From: an uncultured delta proteobacterium
GTDB lineage: Bacteria > Myxococcota > Myxococcia > Myxococcales > Myxococcaceae
Length of the DNA stretch: 64,000 bases
Direction of reading: 5' to 3'
Assembly: GCA_963713045.1 (NCBI GenBank)
Contig: CAVQKE010000004.1
Span: 736,001 to 800,000 of the forward strand
Under the pieces are notes generated by a model. The model worked only from the letters and a program-made list of their open reading frames with translations. It ran no database searches and was not told the DNA's origin. A program made the position numbers and the translations under genes. This document shows, piece by piece, positions 49,368-60,028 of the stretch (position 1 is the first letter of the stretch; each line of letters starts with the position of its first letter).

Positions 49368-51800
49368 GAATGACCTTCCGACTTCATGAGTCTTGGTCGG
49401 AGCATGCGGTAAAGGCCGGCGAGTAGGAAAATGGCCGACGCGGCACTGATGATAATTCCAAGACCGACGGCGGCACCCAGGGACTTCAACGCTCGGTAGG
49501 ACGCGAGGACGAGCGTTCCAAATCCAATGAGAGCGGTGAGCCCTGTCAGCAGGACCCCCGTCGACTCCACGCCCGTCACCGGCGACGGCCCGGTGACGCC
49601 TTGAAGCGCGAAAATACCGTAGTCGACGCCGCATCCGAGAATCAGCACGAGGGCGCTTGCGGAGACGATGTTTAGTGGCACGTGGCTGGCCGCGAGGACC
49701 GCCATCGTCCCCGCCCAACCGAGGCACGCGGGAAGACACGCGACGACGGCCAGTCTCGAAGACCGGTAGGCCACAGCGAGGAGCAGCACGTTGAGCACGA
49801 GACCCAGGCCGCTGAAGAAGGCGAGCTGGCGTGGAATATTGGCCATTGTGTTGTTGGCGAGCGCCTCTGCGTTGAGCAGGGCCGTACCGGTCGGCAGTTC
49901 TTTGCTCAGCGAGGCGACCTCGGCAGCCCCAACGGTCTGCACCGGGGTGACGACGATGCATGTGTCCGCCGAGCACCGGAGCATTCGGTTGAGGAGGGGT
50001 TCCAGGGATGTCCGGTTGAAGTCCTCGGGGGTCAGCGGCGCCACCCGTCCTGCCACAACCGCGGAGACCTCTGCCCAGAAGCCATCAAAGGCATCCGGGA
50101 GGAATCCCGCCTCGACTGCTGCGGCCGACAGCCGTGCCCGGGCTCTCGGGAGATCGAGCTCGGCAAGTCGCTTTGCCCTCGCGCGCTGTGTGACGACGGC
50201 GGGGAGGAAGGACCCAACGCTGAGGGCTCCCAAAGTGTCGCCTGCGTCGGTCAAGCGTCGCAGGATGCTCCCGACGGCATCGTTGAGAGCGAGGGCCTCC
50301 TGCGCCGTTCGACCACGTGCCACCACCAACGAATCTGCCGTGCGGAGCCCGAACCGGCCCGTCACACGTTCGAAGTCAGCGAGCGTTCGCGGATTCTGAG
50401 CGTCCAGGTGTCGCAGCTCACCGTCGAACCGCAGCCTTGGCGCCAAGACCACGGAAGCCACGAGGATGGCCACCGCTATCCCACACGACGCCCAGGGTGG
50501 CACCCTCCACGTTTGGAGCGCGGGCATCCATCTCGGAATGCCGGGCCACCGCTTTGGACCCCAGAGCGCAGACAGCGGCACGAGCAAGAATCAGCGTGGC
50601 TGCGAACGAGGTAACCAGCCCTGCGCCGGCAAAGAGGGCTGCCTCTCTCAGGAACGGGAACTGTGAGAGGAGCATCATCAAGAAGGCGATGAGGGTGGTG
50701 AGAAACCCGAGCCACAGCGATTGCCACGTCTCGTCGAGGCCGGTGCGCATCCGCTCGAGGGGCTCTCCGGGGTGCACGGACGCCGCGTTGAGAAGGTAGA
50801 GCGGATAGTCCATACCGACGCCCATCAGCACGGACCCAAAGGCGAAGGTCAGTGCATGAATTCGTCCCTGGGCGAGCGCGACAGCCGTCAGTCCGCCGAC
50901 CATGCCAAGCCCGACCGGGATCGCCGCCAGAAAAAACAGCCTCAAGCTTCGAAACCTGACCAGGAAGAGAAGAATCAAGCCGACCGCCGATGTGAGCAGG
51001 GTGATGGCCACGTCCTTGCGAACCGCTGCAGCACTCTCCGCTGCGAACCTCGGTCCACCGACGGACATCACTACCGCCGGGCCTGCGGGACCGGGCTTCA
51101 ACCGGATGGCCTCAGTCGCCACCGTGTCGAGGAGTGCGCGCGAGACACGTGCATCAAGCGCAGACCCTGCGGGTGTCGTCACCAGCAGCAGATGGCGCCC
51201 ATCCCGCGAAAGCAGTTGACCCTGCACCGGATGGACGTCCCCCGCCAATCGCGACAGTGCCGCGACGAGCTCGGCGTCGAGGCCGAGAGGGTCACGCAGC
51301 AAATTAGCCTTTGTGACCAGTGCCTGCGGCGATGAGAGCCGACGCTTAAGTGCAGCCAGGGCCATCTCGATGCGCTCCGGGTTCAACCGCCGTTCGATCT
51401 CGGCAGCAGGGTCCTCGAAGAGGTACAGGCGGTGTGGAAACAGCACCTGCCCCACCACCGTCATCTCGTGTGCCGATGGGCCGCTATACACCTCAAGGAA
51501 CGCGCCCGACCCGCGAAGTCCGGCCGCGAGCGCTTGGCCTCGGTCTGCCAGCTGCTCCTCCGTTGCTCCCGGAAGCTCGACGTCGATAAGTAGGGTGTTG
51601 AGCACGCCAAAGTCGCTCAGCAGGCGGGCTGCCTCTCGCGGGGAACCAGGGCCCCCCGGAAGCATCGCGCCCACGTCTTGCTCGGTGGTGGTACGCGCGT
51701 AGAGGGCGAGGGCAGCGAGCATCAGCAGCGCAGGAACCAGCAGCGTGACCCCCGGGTGAGCGGACATCCAACGGTGAGCCGTATGCAGACCCGCCCGCAT
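49364..51800 (-). CDS. MMPL-family exporter with a +1 frameshift at ~50589 (probable sequencing error)
   Basis: Two ORFs join into one transporter, with GVGMDYP and GCGVDYG in the two halves. Confidence 0.85.
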
Positions 51801-51802
51801 CG

Positions 51803-52399
51803 TCAGTGTGCCGAAGCTTGAATCCTCTGATCCCGGAAAGAGATCTCAGTCGAGTCACCGTCGGGCTCGTTGAGGAGAACACGCGCCAGGTGAAGACTGC
51901 GATCGAAGTCGAGTTGGATTCGCCGCAGCGTCCGCGCGAGTTCCTGCGTCCGTGGAGTCAGCGAGACGCTCAGGGGCTCCTTGCGCTCGACGGTCAGATT
52001 GAACAGCGGCAACAGGCGGTCGAAATCAGCCTCAAGGACGGCGCGAATGGTCTCAAAGACCTTCCCCATGCCTGGTTCGGACGAGAGGTCAACCGTCTGG
52101 GTGGCGCTCATCCCGGGGTAGCTGATGGTCACGCGCTGACCCTCGACAACCACCTCGCTTTCGGCGGGAGGAAAAGTCCGCCAGACGAGTCGGCCACCCT
52201 TTTGATATTCTAGAGTCCCTTCGGTGATGAGCGCATCACGAAGGGCGGCCAGATGGCGGGTCTGGCTGAAGCGCGCGGATAGCTTCTCCGTTCGCTGCAG
52301 GGACTCGCGAAGCGCGAGGAGCTCCCGGGGGAGGGGCTCGGGTGGCGTGGCGGCGGCGTGAAACGCCAGCAACACGGTCGTCCAGAAGAGGCCGTTCAT
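51803..52399 (-). CDS. LolA-like carrier protein
   Basis: SARFSQTRHL...EG...LVWRT..P and EPDGDSTEISF. Confidence 0.85.
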   Translation of the reverse strand: MNGLFWTTVLLAFHAAATPPEPLPRELLALRESLQRTEKLSARFSQTRHLAALRDALITEGTLEYQKGGRLVWRTFPPAESEVVVEGQRVTISYPGMSATQTVDLSSEPGMGKVFETIRAVLEADFDRLLPLFNLTVERKEPLSVSLTPRTQELARTLRRIQLDFDRSLHLARVLLNEPDGDSTEISFRDQRIQASAH

Positions 52400-52451
52400 G
52401 CTGGCACAGGACATACCACTGCAGAGTCAGGCCACGGGAGGGCCAAATCCA

Positions 52452-53622
52452 ATGTCGGCCGCGATCACGTCCATCGGAGCTGTGACTGGATTCGGGCTGG
52501 GACTGGACCTCACGGTCGCAGCGCTGCTCGAGGGCCGCACCGCCATCGGGCCGGTGACTCGGTTCCCGACGACGGGGCTATGCAGTTCCCTAGCTTCAGA
52601 GGCGCCGGCCGACGTCGAACTGATCGCCGCGGCGGCAGAGCTCCGCCAACCGCCGGCACAGGACCGAGCATCACGGTTGCTGCTCGCCGCGCTCGCCGAT
52701 GCTCTCGGGGGACGCAGCCTCGAAGCCACTCGGCGACGCGGCGTGGTGGTAGGCACCACCAAGGGAGCGCTGGAGCGTGCGCTATCCAGCGAGGAGCGTG
52801 GCATCTTCCCGACCGAGGACCTTCTCGGCCGCCCGGCGCGTGCCCTCGCAGCCGCGACGAGTTCACGGGGACCGGTCTACACCACAGGCGCCGCCTGCGC
52901 CTCCAGTGCCGTCGCGCTCGGTGAGGCGCTCGCACTGGTGGAGGACGGGGTCTGTGACGAAGTCGTTGTCGGAGGGGCAGAGGCCCTGCATGCCTTCATC
53001 TATCAAGGATTCCATGCGCTCAAGGCGCTCTCGGCGGTTCCGGCAGCCCCGTTCGATGCCGCGCGCAAGGGGCTCTCGCTGGGCGAGGGCGCTGCTGTTC
53101 TCCTCGTCGAGTCGGTGGCTCACGCTCGGAGCCAGGGTCGGCAGCCGATCGCACTGGTCGAGGGCTTTGGCACGGCGGTCGACGGCTTCGACCAGACCGC
53201 ACCAGAATCCCTCGGGTTCGGGGCTTCTCGCCGCTTGCCAGCGAGCCCTGGCACATTCTGGTGTGGCGGCGAATGAAATCGACCGCTACCACGCACACGG
53301 AACCGGCACGGTTCAGAACGACCGAATGGAAGCCGTCGTTCATGCCTCGCTGTTCTCGAACCGGGCGGTGCCCGTCTGTGCCATCAAGGGCGCCGTGGGA
53401 CACACCCTGGGCGCCGCCGCCGCGCTGGATATAGCGGTTTGCGCGCGAACGCTCGCCCAGCAGATTCTTCCGCCAGTCGTCAATCTCCGCACCGTGGACC
53501 CGTTCGCATTGGTGCCCGCGGTCATCGGCGTCGGTCGAACGTCTCCTGGCAGCCTCGCGCTGGTCGCCAACGCAGGCTTCGGCGGAATCAACACAGCTGT
53601 GGTCCTGCGGCGACCGGGGTGA
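52452..53622 (+). CDS. Beta-ketoacyl-ACP synthase KS1 with a +1 frameshift at ~53207 (probable sequencing error)
   Basis: AACASS, LGEGA, HAHGTGT, KGAVGHTLGAA, GFGGIN across two ORFs. Confidence 0.88.
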
Positions 53623-53626
53623 CGTC

Positions 53627-54442
53627 TTGAACACCTGCGTGGCCGTCACGTCCGTTGCGGTGTGGACTCCTGGCGGGGTGTGGGTCAATGCGCCGCCGCG
53701 CGCAGGCCCACCAGGTGGCACGTTGGCCGCCTGGCCTGAAGCACCTCCACTGGCGGTCGTCCACCCAAAGGCACGGAGGCCGCATCGAGAGGCGACAGTG
53801 CTTGTCCAGCTGGCACACGCTCTCCTTTCCGCTCGAGCATCCCTTGGTACACGCCTGCCCCCGCACAGCCCGGCGCAGACCGACCTCCTGCTGGGAACGG
53901 CAAAGGCCTCCGAAGCCGCTGACATGGACTTCCTGCGAGACCTTCGGGCGCGCGGAAGCGGGTTTGGCTCTCCCTCCACCTTCGTCTACACGCTTTCCAC
54001 GGCCGCGCCGGCTGAAGTGGCGATCGCACTCGGCCTGCGTGGTTCTCTGGCCACGCTTACAGCAGGCAGCATCAGCGGCTTATCCGCCGTGGCCCGGGCC
54101 GCCAGACGCGTGAGTCGGGGCGAGTCGCGCGCCTGCATCACCGGCGGAGTGGAACTGGTTGAATCGGCTTACCAGGCTTCGGCAGAGGAACCCGCGGGCG
54201 AGGTCGCCGCCCTGTTTCTTCTGGAATCCTCACAGCCTCCAACCCGGTGGCCGAGACTAGGCGACCCTGAACTCGGGTTCGAACCCGCGGCGCCTGCGAG
54301 CAACTTAGCTGGCTCGAGCTCCGCAACCGAAACCCTGATGGCCCTGGCGTCGGCTTGTGCGGAGCGGACGGAAGCCTCCCCGATTGAAATCGCGGGCCAC
54401 TCGCCCGATGGGCACTGGGCCCGGCTCTACGTTCAATGGTAG
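53627..54442 (+). CDS. Ketosynthase-like chain-length factor 1
   Basis: SPSTFVYTLSTA; no catalytic Cys; follows KS1. Confidence 0.75.
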   Translation: MNTCVAVTSVAVWTPGGVWVNAPPRAGPPGGTLAAWPEAPPLAVVHPKARRPHREATVLVQLAHALLSARASLGTRLPPHSPAQTDLLLGTAKASEAADMDFLRDLRARGSGFGSPSTFVYTLSTAAPAEVAIALGLRGSLATLTAGSISGLSAVARAARRVSRGESRACITGGVELVESAYQASAEEPAGEVAALFLLESSQPPTRWPRLGDPELGFEPAAPASNLAGSSSATETLMALASACAERTEASPIEIAGHSPDGHWARLYVQW

Positions 54443-55197
54443 ATTTTCGCACGGCGATGAACTCCACTGCACATCAGGCGCTCGTCACCGGCGGAACCGA
54501 AGCGATTGGCCGGGCAGTCGTGCGCCGGCTCGCGCGCGAGGGGCACGCGGTGATCGCCGTGCACCCCAATGATGGCTTGGCACGCGAGGAGGCGGGCCGA
54601 GAGTTCGCGGACGCTCACCTCCACGTCGAATTCGAAAGGGTGGATTTGGCAAAATCGGCCCAGGTGGCTGCTCTCTTCGAACGACTGGCAGAGATGGGTC
54701 GCTCACCCGAGCTGCTCGTCAACGCCGGCGGCCTCGACGCACATGCTCCAACGACGTTCCTGAACACAGTCGACCTCGACGCTGTACTGGACGCGAGTGT
54801 GCGGGCAACGTACCTCACTTGCCAGCAAGCGTTGAAGACGATGAGACATCATCGCTTCGGAAGAATCGTCAACTTCGCATCACCAGCGGCCTTGCGGGGT
54901 GATGGCGGTGAGACCGCCGATGCGGCCGGGAGGGGCGGTGTCATAGGCCTGACGCGCGCACTGGCACGCGAGGTCGGGCCGCTGGGAGTCACGGTGAATG
55001 CCGTCTGCGCGGGGGCCGTCCGGACCGAGGGGACGAGTCCGGGGTCCGACCAGCACCTCGAGGCGTTGGTCCGTCGGACGCCCTTGCGACGGGCAGCAAC
55101 GCCCGACGAGAATCGCGGGCATGGTCAACATGCTTTGCGAGGACGCTGCGGGCTACGTCACCGGCCAGTGCCTTTCGATCGACGGTGGTCTCAGCTA
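54436..55197 (+). CDS. FabG-like SDR lacking YxxxK, with a +1 frameshift at ~55111
   Basis: GRIVN, GLTRALAREV; the shifted frame gives IAGMV...YVTGQCLSIDGGLS*. Confidence 0.82.
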
Positions 55198-55202
55198 GTT
55201 TT

Positions 55203-55484
55203 ATGAAAGCCAATCCGGACACCCAGCAGGCCCTTCCCGGCCAGCTCAAGACGCTTCTGGTGGAAACGCTTCGTTTGGAAGGTGTGAAACCCGAGGACAT
55301 CGACTCTTCTGAGCCACTCTTTGCACCCGACAGCCGCCTCGGCCTCGACTCGCTCTCCGCTCTCGAGCTCCTCTCGGCAATCGAATTCAAGTTCAACGTT
55401 GTCTTTGCCAATGATGGCTCTGCGAGGCAGCATTTCGAGTCCATCTCCACCCTCGCCACGTTCATCGAGTCAGCGAAGGGATGA
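55203..55484 (+). CDS. Acyl carrier protein
   Basis: LGLDSLSALEL phosphopantetheine site. Confidence 0.93.
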   Translation: MKANPDTQQALPGQLKTLLVETLRLEGVKPEDIDSSEPLFAPDSRLGLDSLSALELLSAIEFKFNVVFANDGSARQHFESISTLATFIESAKG

Positions 55485-55487
55485 GAC

Positions 55488-56654
55488 TTGCGCGGCGTGG
55501 CCATCACCGGCCTCGGCATCGTCTCGGGACTGGGAGTCGGTGCTGAAACTCACCTGACCGCACTCCGGGCTGCTCGCAGCGGGCTGCGTCCCCTTTCCCT
55601 CTTTTCCCTACCCGGGCTGCCGGTCCTTCCCGTCGGTGAGGTGGACGAAGAGCTAATCCGCGGCCAGCACCCATCTCGCAGCGTCGCCCTGGCACTGCTC
55701 GCAGCGCGACAGGCAGTCGCGGGCCATGCGCTCTCTGGTGAGGGTCTCGTCGCAGTCGGCACGACGACCGGAGGCATTCAGGAATCCGAGCAACATTACC
55801 TTCGTCATCGAGGCCAGGAGGGCCGGCCCAATCGGCAGCTGCTGAAACACCATCCCGCCGGCGCAATCGCCGATGTCCTGGCATCGGAGTTCGCGTTGGG
55901 CGGTGAGCGGCAGACATTTTCCACCGCTTGTTCGTCCAGCGCCAATGCGATCGGCTACGGTGCCGCCTGCATCCGGCAGGGCAAGCCCTGGGCGCTTGTC
56001 GGTGGCGTGGATTCGCTCTGCCGGTTGACCTACGCGGGCTTTCATTCTCTGAAGCTGCTTTCCAGCGAGCCGTGTCGCCCGTTCGACCTTCACCGACAGG
56101 GCTTGTCCCTGGGAGAGGGAGCCGCCTTCCTCCTGCTAGAGGACGAGGACCAAGCTCGAAGCCGCGGCGCATCCGTTCTCGCTCGAGTCACCGGATGGGG
56201 TTGCACGTCCGACGCTCACCACATGACTGCGCCCCACCCTGAAGGTCGGGGCGCGATGGAGGCGATGACTGCAGCCCTTGCCGACGCAGGGGTGGAAGCC
56301 TCCGCAGTCGACTATGTCAACGCCCACGGCACGGCCACGCCTGCGAATGACCGTGCGGAGGCGCTCGCCCTGGCAGCGCTCTTCAAGCCACCCGGTCCGC
56401 TGGTCAGCTCCACCAAGGGCTCCACCGGCCACACGCTGGGCGCGGCCGGTGCAATGGAGGCCGTTTTCTGCGTCCTCGCCCTCGGCGCTGGCTTTGCACC
56501 GTCCACCGCCGGGCTCACCGAACCGGATCCGCTCCTTTCGCTGCGTCATGTTCCCCCCGACGGCTTGGTCGCACCACTCGAGGTCGCGCTGTCCAATTCG
56601 TTTGGTTTTGGGGGAAACAATGCCACTTTGGTCTTCGCTCGGGGAGCGCCATGA
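55488..56654 (+). CDS. Beta-ketoacyl-ACP synthase KS2
   Basis: STACSSS, NAHGTAT, KGSTGHTLGAAG, SNSFGFGGNN. Confidence 0.95.
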   Translation: MRGVAITGLGIVSGLGVGAETHLTALRAARSGLRPLSLFSLPGLPVLPVGEVDEELIRGQHPSRSVALALLAARQAVAGHALSGEGLVAVGTTTGGIQESEQHYLRHRGQEGRPNRQLLKHHPAGAIADVLASEFALGGERQTFSTACSSSANAIGYGAACIRQGKPWALVGGVDSLCRLTYAGFHSLKLLSSEPCRPFDLHRQGLSLGEGAAFLLLEDEDQARSRGASVLARVTGWGCTSDAHHMTAPHPEGRGAMEAMTAALADAGVEASAVDYVNAHGTATPANDRAEALALAALFKPPGPLVSSTKGSTGHTLGAAGAMEAVFCVLALGAGFAPSTAGLTEPDPLLSLRHVPPDGLVAPLEVALSNSFGFGGNNATLVFARGAP

Positions 56655-57565
56655 CCGTCAGCATCCTCGGACTGGGGCTAGTTGCACCCGGTGTCGAGGA
56701 CGCGTTCCGCGTCCGAACGCTGCCGGAGCTCGCCGACGGCCGCGCGAAGCGCCTCACTAGACTCGAGCGAATGGCGCTGGTTGCGGCGCAGCGGGCGCTT
56801 GCGAACGAGGGGGAAATGGCAGACTTGGCGCTGGTTTTCGGGACTGGCTACGGGGCGTTGGCCGCGACTGCAGAGTTTCTCGATGGCATCGCCACACGCG
56901 GTGCGGCATTCGGCCGCCCTATCGCTTTCCAGCAGTCGGTCCATCACTCACCCGCGGGACAGCTCTCCATCCTGCTCGGTTCCCATGGGCCAGCGCTGAC
57001 GATGACCGCTCGTGAGGTTTCCGGGGAATCCGCGTTGAAAGTCGGCATGACGCTTCTCGACAGCGGTCGCTCCGACAGGGTTCTGGTGGTGGCGGCGGAT
57101 GAATGGACGGAGAGCCTCGCAGCCGGATACCGGTCGTTCGAATGCTCACAGGCGCTGTCGCTTGGAGAGGGTGCTGCCGCTGTTCTTCTCGGGGCGGCGC
57201 CAGGGGCGCTCTCTGTGGAGCGCTGCACGCTCACGGCACATCCTTGCCCAGTTCTTCGCTTTGCGACCCGGGAGCAACTGCGTCCGCTCCTTCTTGAGGG
57301 AGCCAGCGGAGTCGGCTCGGTTTCCCTCTCGGCCGCGAGCGACGAAGTGCTGAAAGCGGAGACCTGGGGCCTGGCGGATTTGCTGCCCGCACCAGCGCGA
57401 TTCATCGACTCGGACTTCGGGTTTCATGCCTCCGCCGGGTTGCTTCGATTGGTGGCTGCCGCGACACGGGTGCAAGCATCGCCGGTGGGTTCGGCCTGCG
57501 CCGTGCATGGCGTCGCGCTGGGCGGTGGTCAATCCATGACCGTGGTGCGTCATGTCCGGACTTGA
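56651..57565 (+). CDS. Ketosynthase chain-length factor 2
   Basis: PIAFQQSVHHSPAGQLSI; no catalytic Cys; ATGA-coupled to KS2. Confidence 0.85.
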   Translation: MTVSILGLGLVAPGVEDAFRVRTLPELADGRAKRLTRLERMALVAAQRALANEGEMADLALVFGTGYGALAATAEFLDGIATRGAAFGRPIAFQQSVHHSPAGQLSILLGSHGPALTMTAREVSGESALKVGMTLLDSGRSDRVLVVAADEWTESLAAGYRSFECSQALSLGEGAAAVLLGAAPGALSVERCTLTAHPCPVLRFATREQLRPLLLEGASGVGSVSLSAASDEVLKAETWGLADLLPAPARFIDSDFGFHASAGLLRLVAAATRVQASPVGSACAVHGVALGGGQSMTVVRHVRT

Positions 57566-58268
57566 TGCGGCGGTCGCTACAGCCGTGGCTACCGGCACCC
57601 TTCTCACCACCGCGACGCTCGGTGTCCTTCACCCCAGGGTGTCTCTGTTTGGGCCTATCGTCTGGCGCGGTCCCACGCGCCCCGCTGTGGCGCTCACTTT
57701 CGACGACGGACCGGATCCTCGTCACACCGCCTGCATCGCCGAGATCCTCGATGTGCACCGAGCCAGGGCGACCTTCTTCTGCATCGGTCGTCAACTTGAG
57801 CTCCACCGCTCGCTTGCACGGTCCCTCCACGCGTCGGGGCACCAACTGGAAAACCACACTTACAGTCACGGTACGGGGTTGGACCTCTTCAGCGCTGTCC
57901 GCTTAGGGCAGGACCTCCGGCGTTGCCAGGAGGTGCTCGCCGGATTGATTGGAAGCGCCTCCACGTACTACCGGCCCGCGGTGGGCATTCGCAATCCGGC
58001 GGTGCATGCCGCGGCGCGGGCTTTGGGCTTGACGGTGGTCACCTGGACTCACACCGCCCGGGACGGCGTCTTCCCCCTCACATCTCGGCGCGCTCTCGCC
58101 CTTGCCGAACGAGCCAGCGCCGGCAGTATTCTGGCGCTCCACGATGGCCAGCTCCGGGGCAACACGAAACTCCGAGAACAGACGGTCCGCCACCTCCCTC
58201 TGGTGCTGAAGCGCCTGAAGGAGCGCGGCTTCGCATTCGAGACCCTGACCGAGCTGCTCCGACCCTGA
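57552..58268 (+). CDS. Polysaccharide deacetylase (NodB/CE4)
   Basis: LTFDDGP, NHTYSH, YRP and LALHDG. Confidence 0.92.
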   Translation: MSGLDAAVATAVATGTLLTTATLGVLHPRVSLFGPIVWRGPTRPAVALTFDDGPDPRHTACIAEILDVHRARATFFCIGRQLELHRSLARSLHASGHQLENHTYSHGTGLDLFSAVRLGQDLRRCQEVLAGLIGSASTYYRPAVGIRNPAVHAAARALGLTVVTWTHTARDGVFPLTSRRALALAERASAGSILALHDGQLRGNTKLREQTVRHLPLVLKRLKERGFAFETLTELLRP

Positions 58269-58286
58269 GTCCGAGGGGAGCCTGGC

Positions 58287-59498
58287 TCAGCCCAACTTCA
58301 GGAGCGCGGCGAGTGCGCGTTTCGGCTCGCGCACAAACGGGTTGTTCGAGTCGAGGACGTAGCCACCCAGGATTGCGGTGATTGAGCGCTTGATAGCATC
58401 TGTCTTGTTGACTCGGAGCAAGACCCTCTGAAGTTCACCCGCATACCAGGAGCGGACGAAGACCTTAAAGACTCCAACCGCCTTGAGCACCATCCCGTCG
58501 TATTCGGCCCCCCAATCGACGGGCTCGCCGGTCAGGTCTCGGTGGACGAGTGCTGCCGCGCGCGCCGCAGATTCCAGAGCCAAAGTCACTCCAGACGAAA
58601 AGACTGGATCGAGAAACTCTGCAGCATTCCCGGTGAGTGCCCACCTCGGACCGTGGAGCCGCTCCACGGCGCTGGACCAGGCCTGAAACTTGACGGTCTT
58701 GAGAACGGGAACTGCGCGCCGTAACCGCTCCCGGATGTTCTCATCCTCGAAAAGAAGCTTGAACAATCGATCGCGGTCGCAGCCCGGAACGCCCTCATAC
58801 ATCGCCGGCTCCATCACCAAGCCTACGGAGGTCCGACCATTGGAGAAGGGGATAATCCAGCCCCAGGCTCCCCGTGGATGAATGCAGATCCAAATGTCTC
58901 CCTCGCGATCCGCAGCCGGACGCTCGTCCCCTTCGACCCAGGTGAAGAGCGCCACGCGCGGAGTGAGGACCGAAGGACGCTCGAGCTGGAGGAGCCTTGG
59001 TAGGACCCGACCGTAACCGCTGCAGTCGAGGACGAAGCGCACTCGAATCTCGGTGCGTTGATCGGTCTCGACGTCGGTGGCGGTAACCACCGCTCCCGCG
59101 GCATCGAACTCGACTGCCTCTACACGCTGGTTGAAGCGAACATCCACGCCGTGCTGCCGAGCGGTCGTGGCCAGCGTCTGGTCGAAGTCTCCCCGGGGCA
59201 CCTGGAAAGTCTGGGTCCGTTGCCCCGGAAAGACCTCCGCAAAGCAAAAGCGTGCCCGCGTCTCGCCTTGAAGGAAAAGGGCAGCGTTCTTGGCCTGGTA
59301 CCCGCGGGCCACCACCGCCTCGAGCAAACCGGCCTCGGCGAGGATGTCATTCGAGCGCGGAAGGAGCGATTCACCAATCTGGAAGCGGGGGAAGGTCCCC
59401 GCCTCGAGCGTCATCACCCGGTGCCGGTGTCGCGCCAGGATGGACCCCGCGACGCTTCCGGCGGGTCCCGCGCCGATGATGAGGACGTCAGCGTCCAT
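58287..59498 (-). CDS. FAD-dependent oxidoreductase, halogenase-like
   Basis: GAGPAG, FPRFQIGESL, WGWIIP, FLDPVFSSGV. Confidence 0.88.
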   Translation of the reverse strand: MDADVLIIGAGPAGSVAGSILARHRHRVMTLEAGTFPRFQIGESLLPRSNDILAEAGLLEAVVARGYQAKNAALFLQGETRARFCFAEVFPGQRTQTFQVPRGDFDQTLATTARQHGVDVRFNQRVEAVEFDAAGAVVTATDVETDQRTEIRVRFVLDCSGYGRVLPRLLQLERPSVLTPRVALFTWVEGDERPAADREGDIWICIHPRGAWGWIIPFSNGRTSVGLVMEPAMYEGVPGCDRDRLFKLLFEDENIRERLRRAVPVLKTVKFQAWSSAVERLHGPRWALTGNAAEFLDPVFSSGVTLALESAARAAALVHRDLTGEPVDWGAEYDGMVLKAVGVFKVFVRSWYAGELQRVLLRVNKTDAIKRSITAILGGYVLDSNNPFVREPKRALAALLKLG

Positions 59499-59946
59499 GG
59501 GCCGCGGCAGCCTGCCGGTGCATTCGCGAAACACCGAAGGCACAGGCGGTACCCAGAATGACGGCGCACACCCCCCCGAAAAGCGCTCCTCCCACCAGCA
59601 TGTCGAGGAACAAGTCTGCCACCAACGTTCCGAGTGGAACGCCACGAAAATGGGCCAGCCGGAGCGGAAGCCAGTGGCCTCGAAGCACGAGGGCTCCCAG
59701 CTGGGCGGTGGCGAACAGAATGAGCGGCGTGAGCGGAGGAATGGAAATCTGCACGCCGAGCACGACAGCGATGGTGTTGAGACGAAAGAGCCTCGCGGAC
59801 GCCAGAGCGAGGAGAACCTGAAGGCCTAGGAACGGACTACACCCCAGCATCACGCCCAAGCCCACGGCGACGCCAACACGTCCCGGGGTCGCGTGTTGCC
59901 GCGCGAGCAAACCAAACTGCGCTCGAATGTGACGAAAAAAAGCCAC
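59488..59946 (-). CDS. DUF2062 membrane protein
   Basis: HATPGRVGVAVGLGV...PFLGLQ; start uncertain. Confidence 0.8.
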   Translation of the reverse strand: MAFFRHIRAQFGLLARQHATPGRVGVAVGLGVMLGCSPFLGLQVLLALASARLFRLNTIAVVLGVQISIPPLTPLILFATAQLGALVLRGHWLPLRLAHFRGVPLGTLVADLFLDMLVGGALFGGVCAVILGTACAFGVSRMHRQAAAAHGR

Positions 59947-60028
59947 AGTCGGGTGTACCTCGTTTCCGCGCGCCTCCGCCACTCGGGCGGCGTTTGACAA
60001 CGAATGCGCCCGGGCGCGAGATGCTCTG

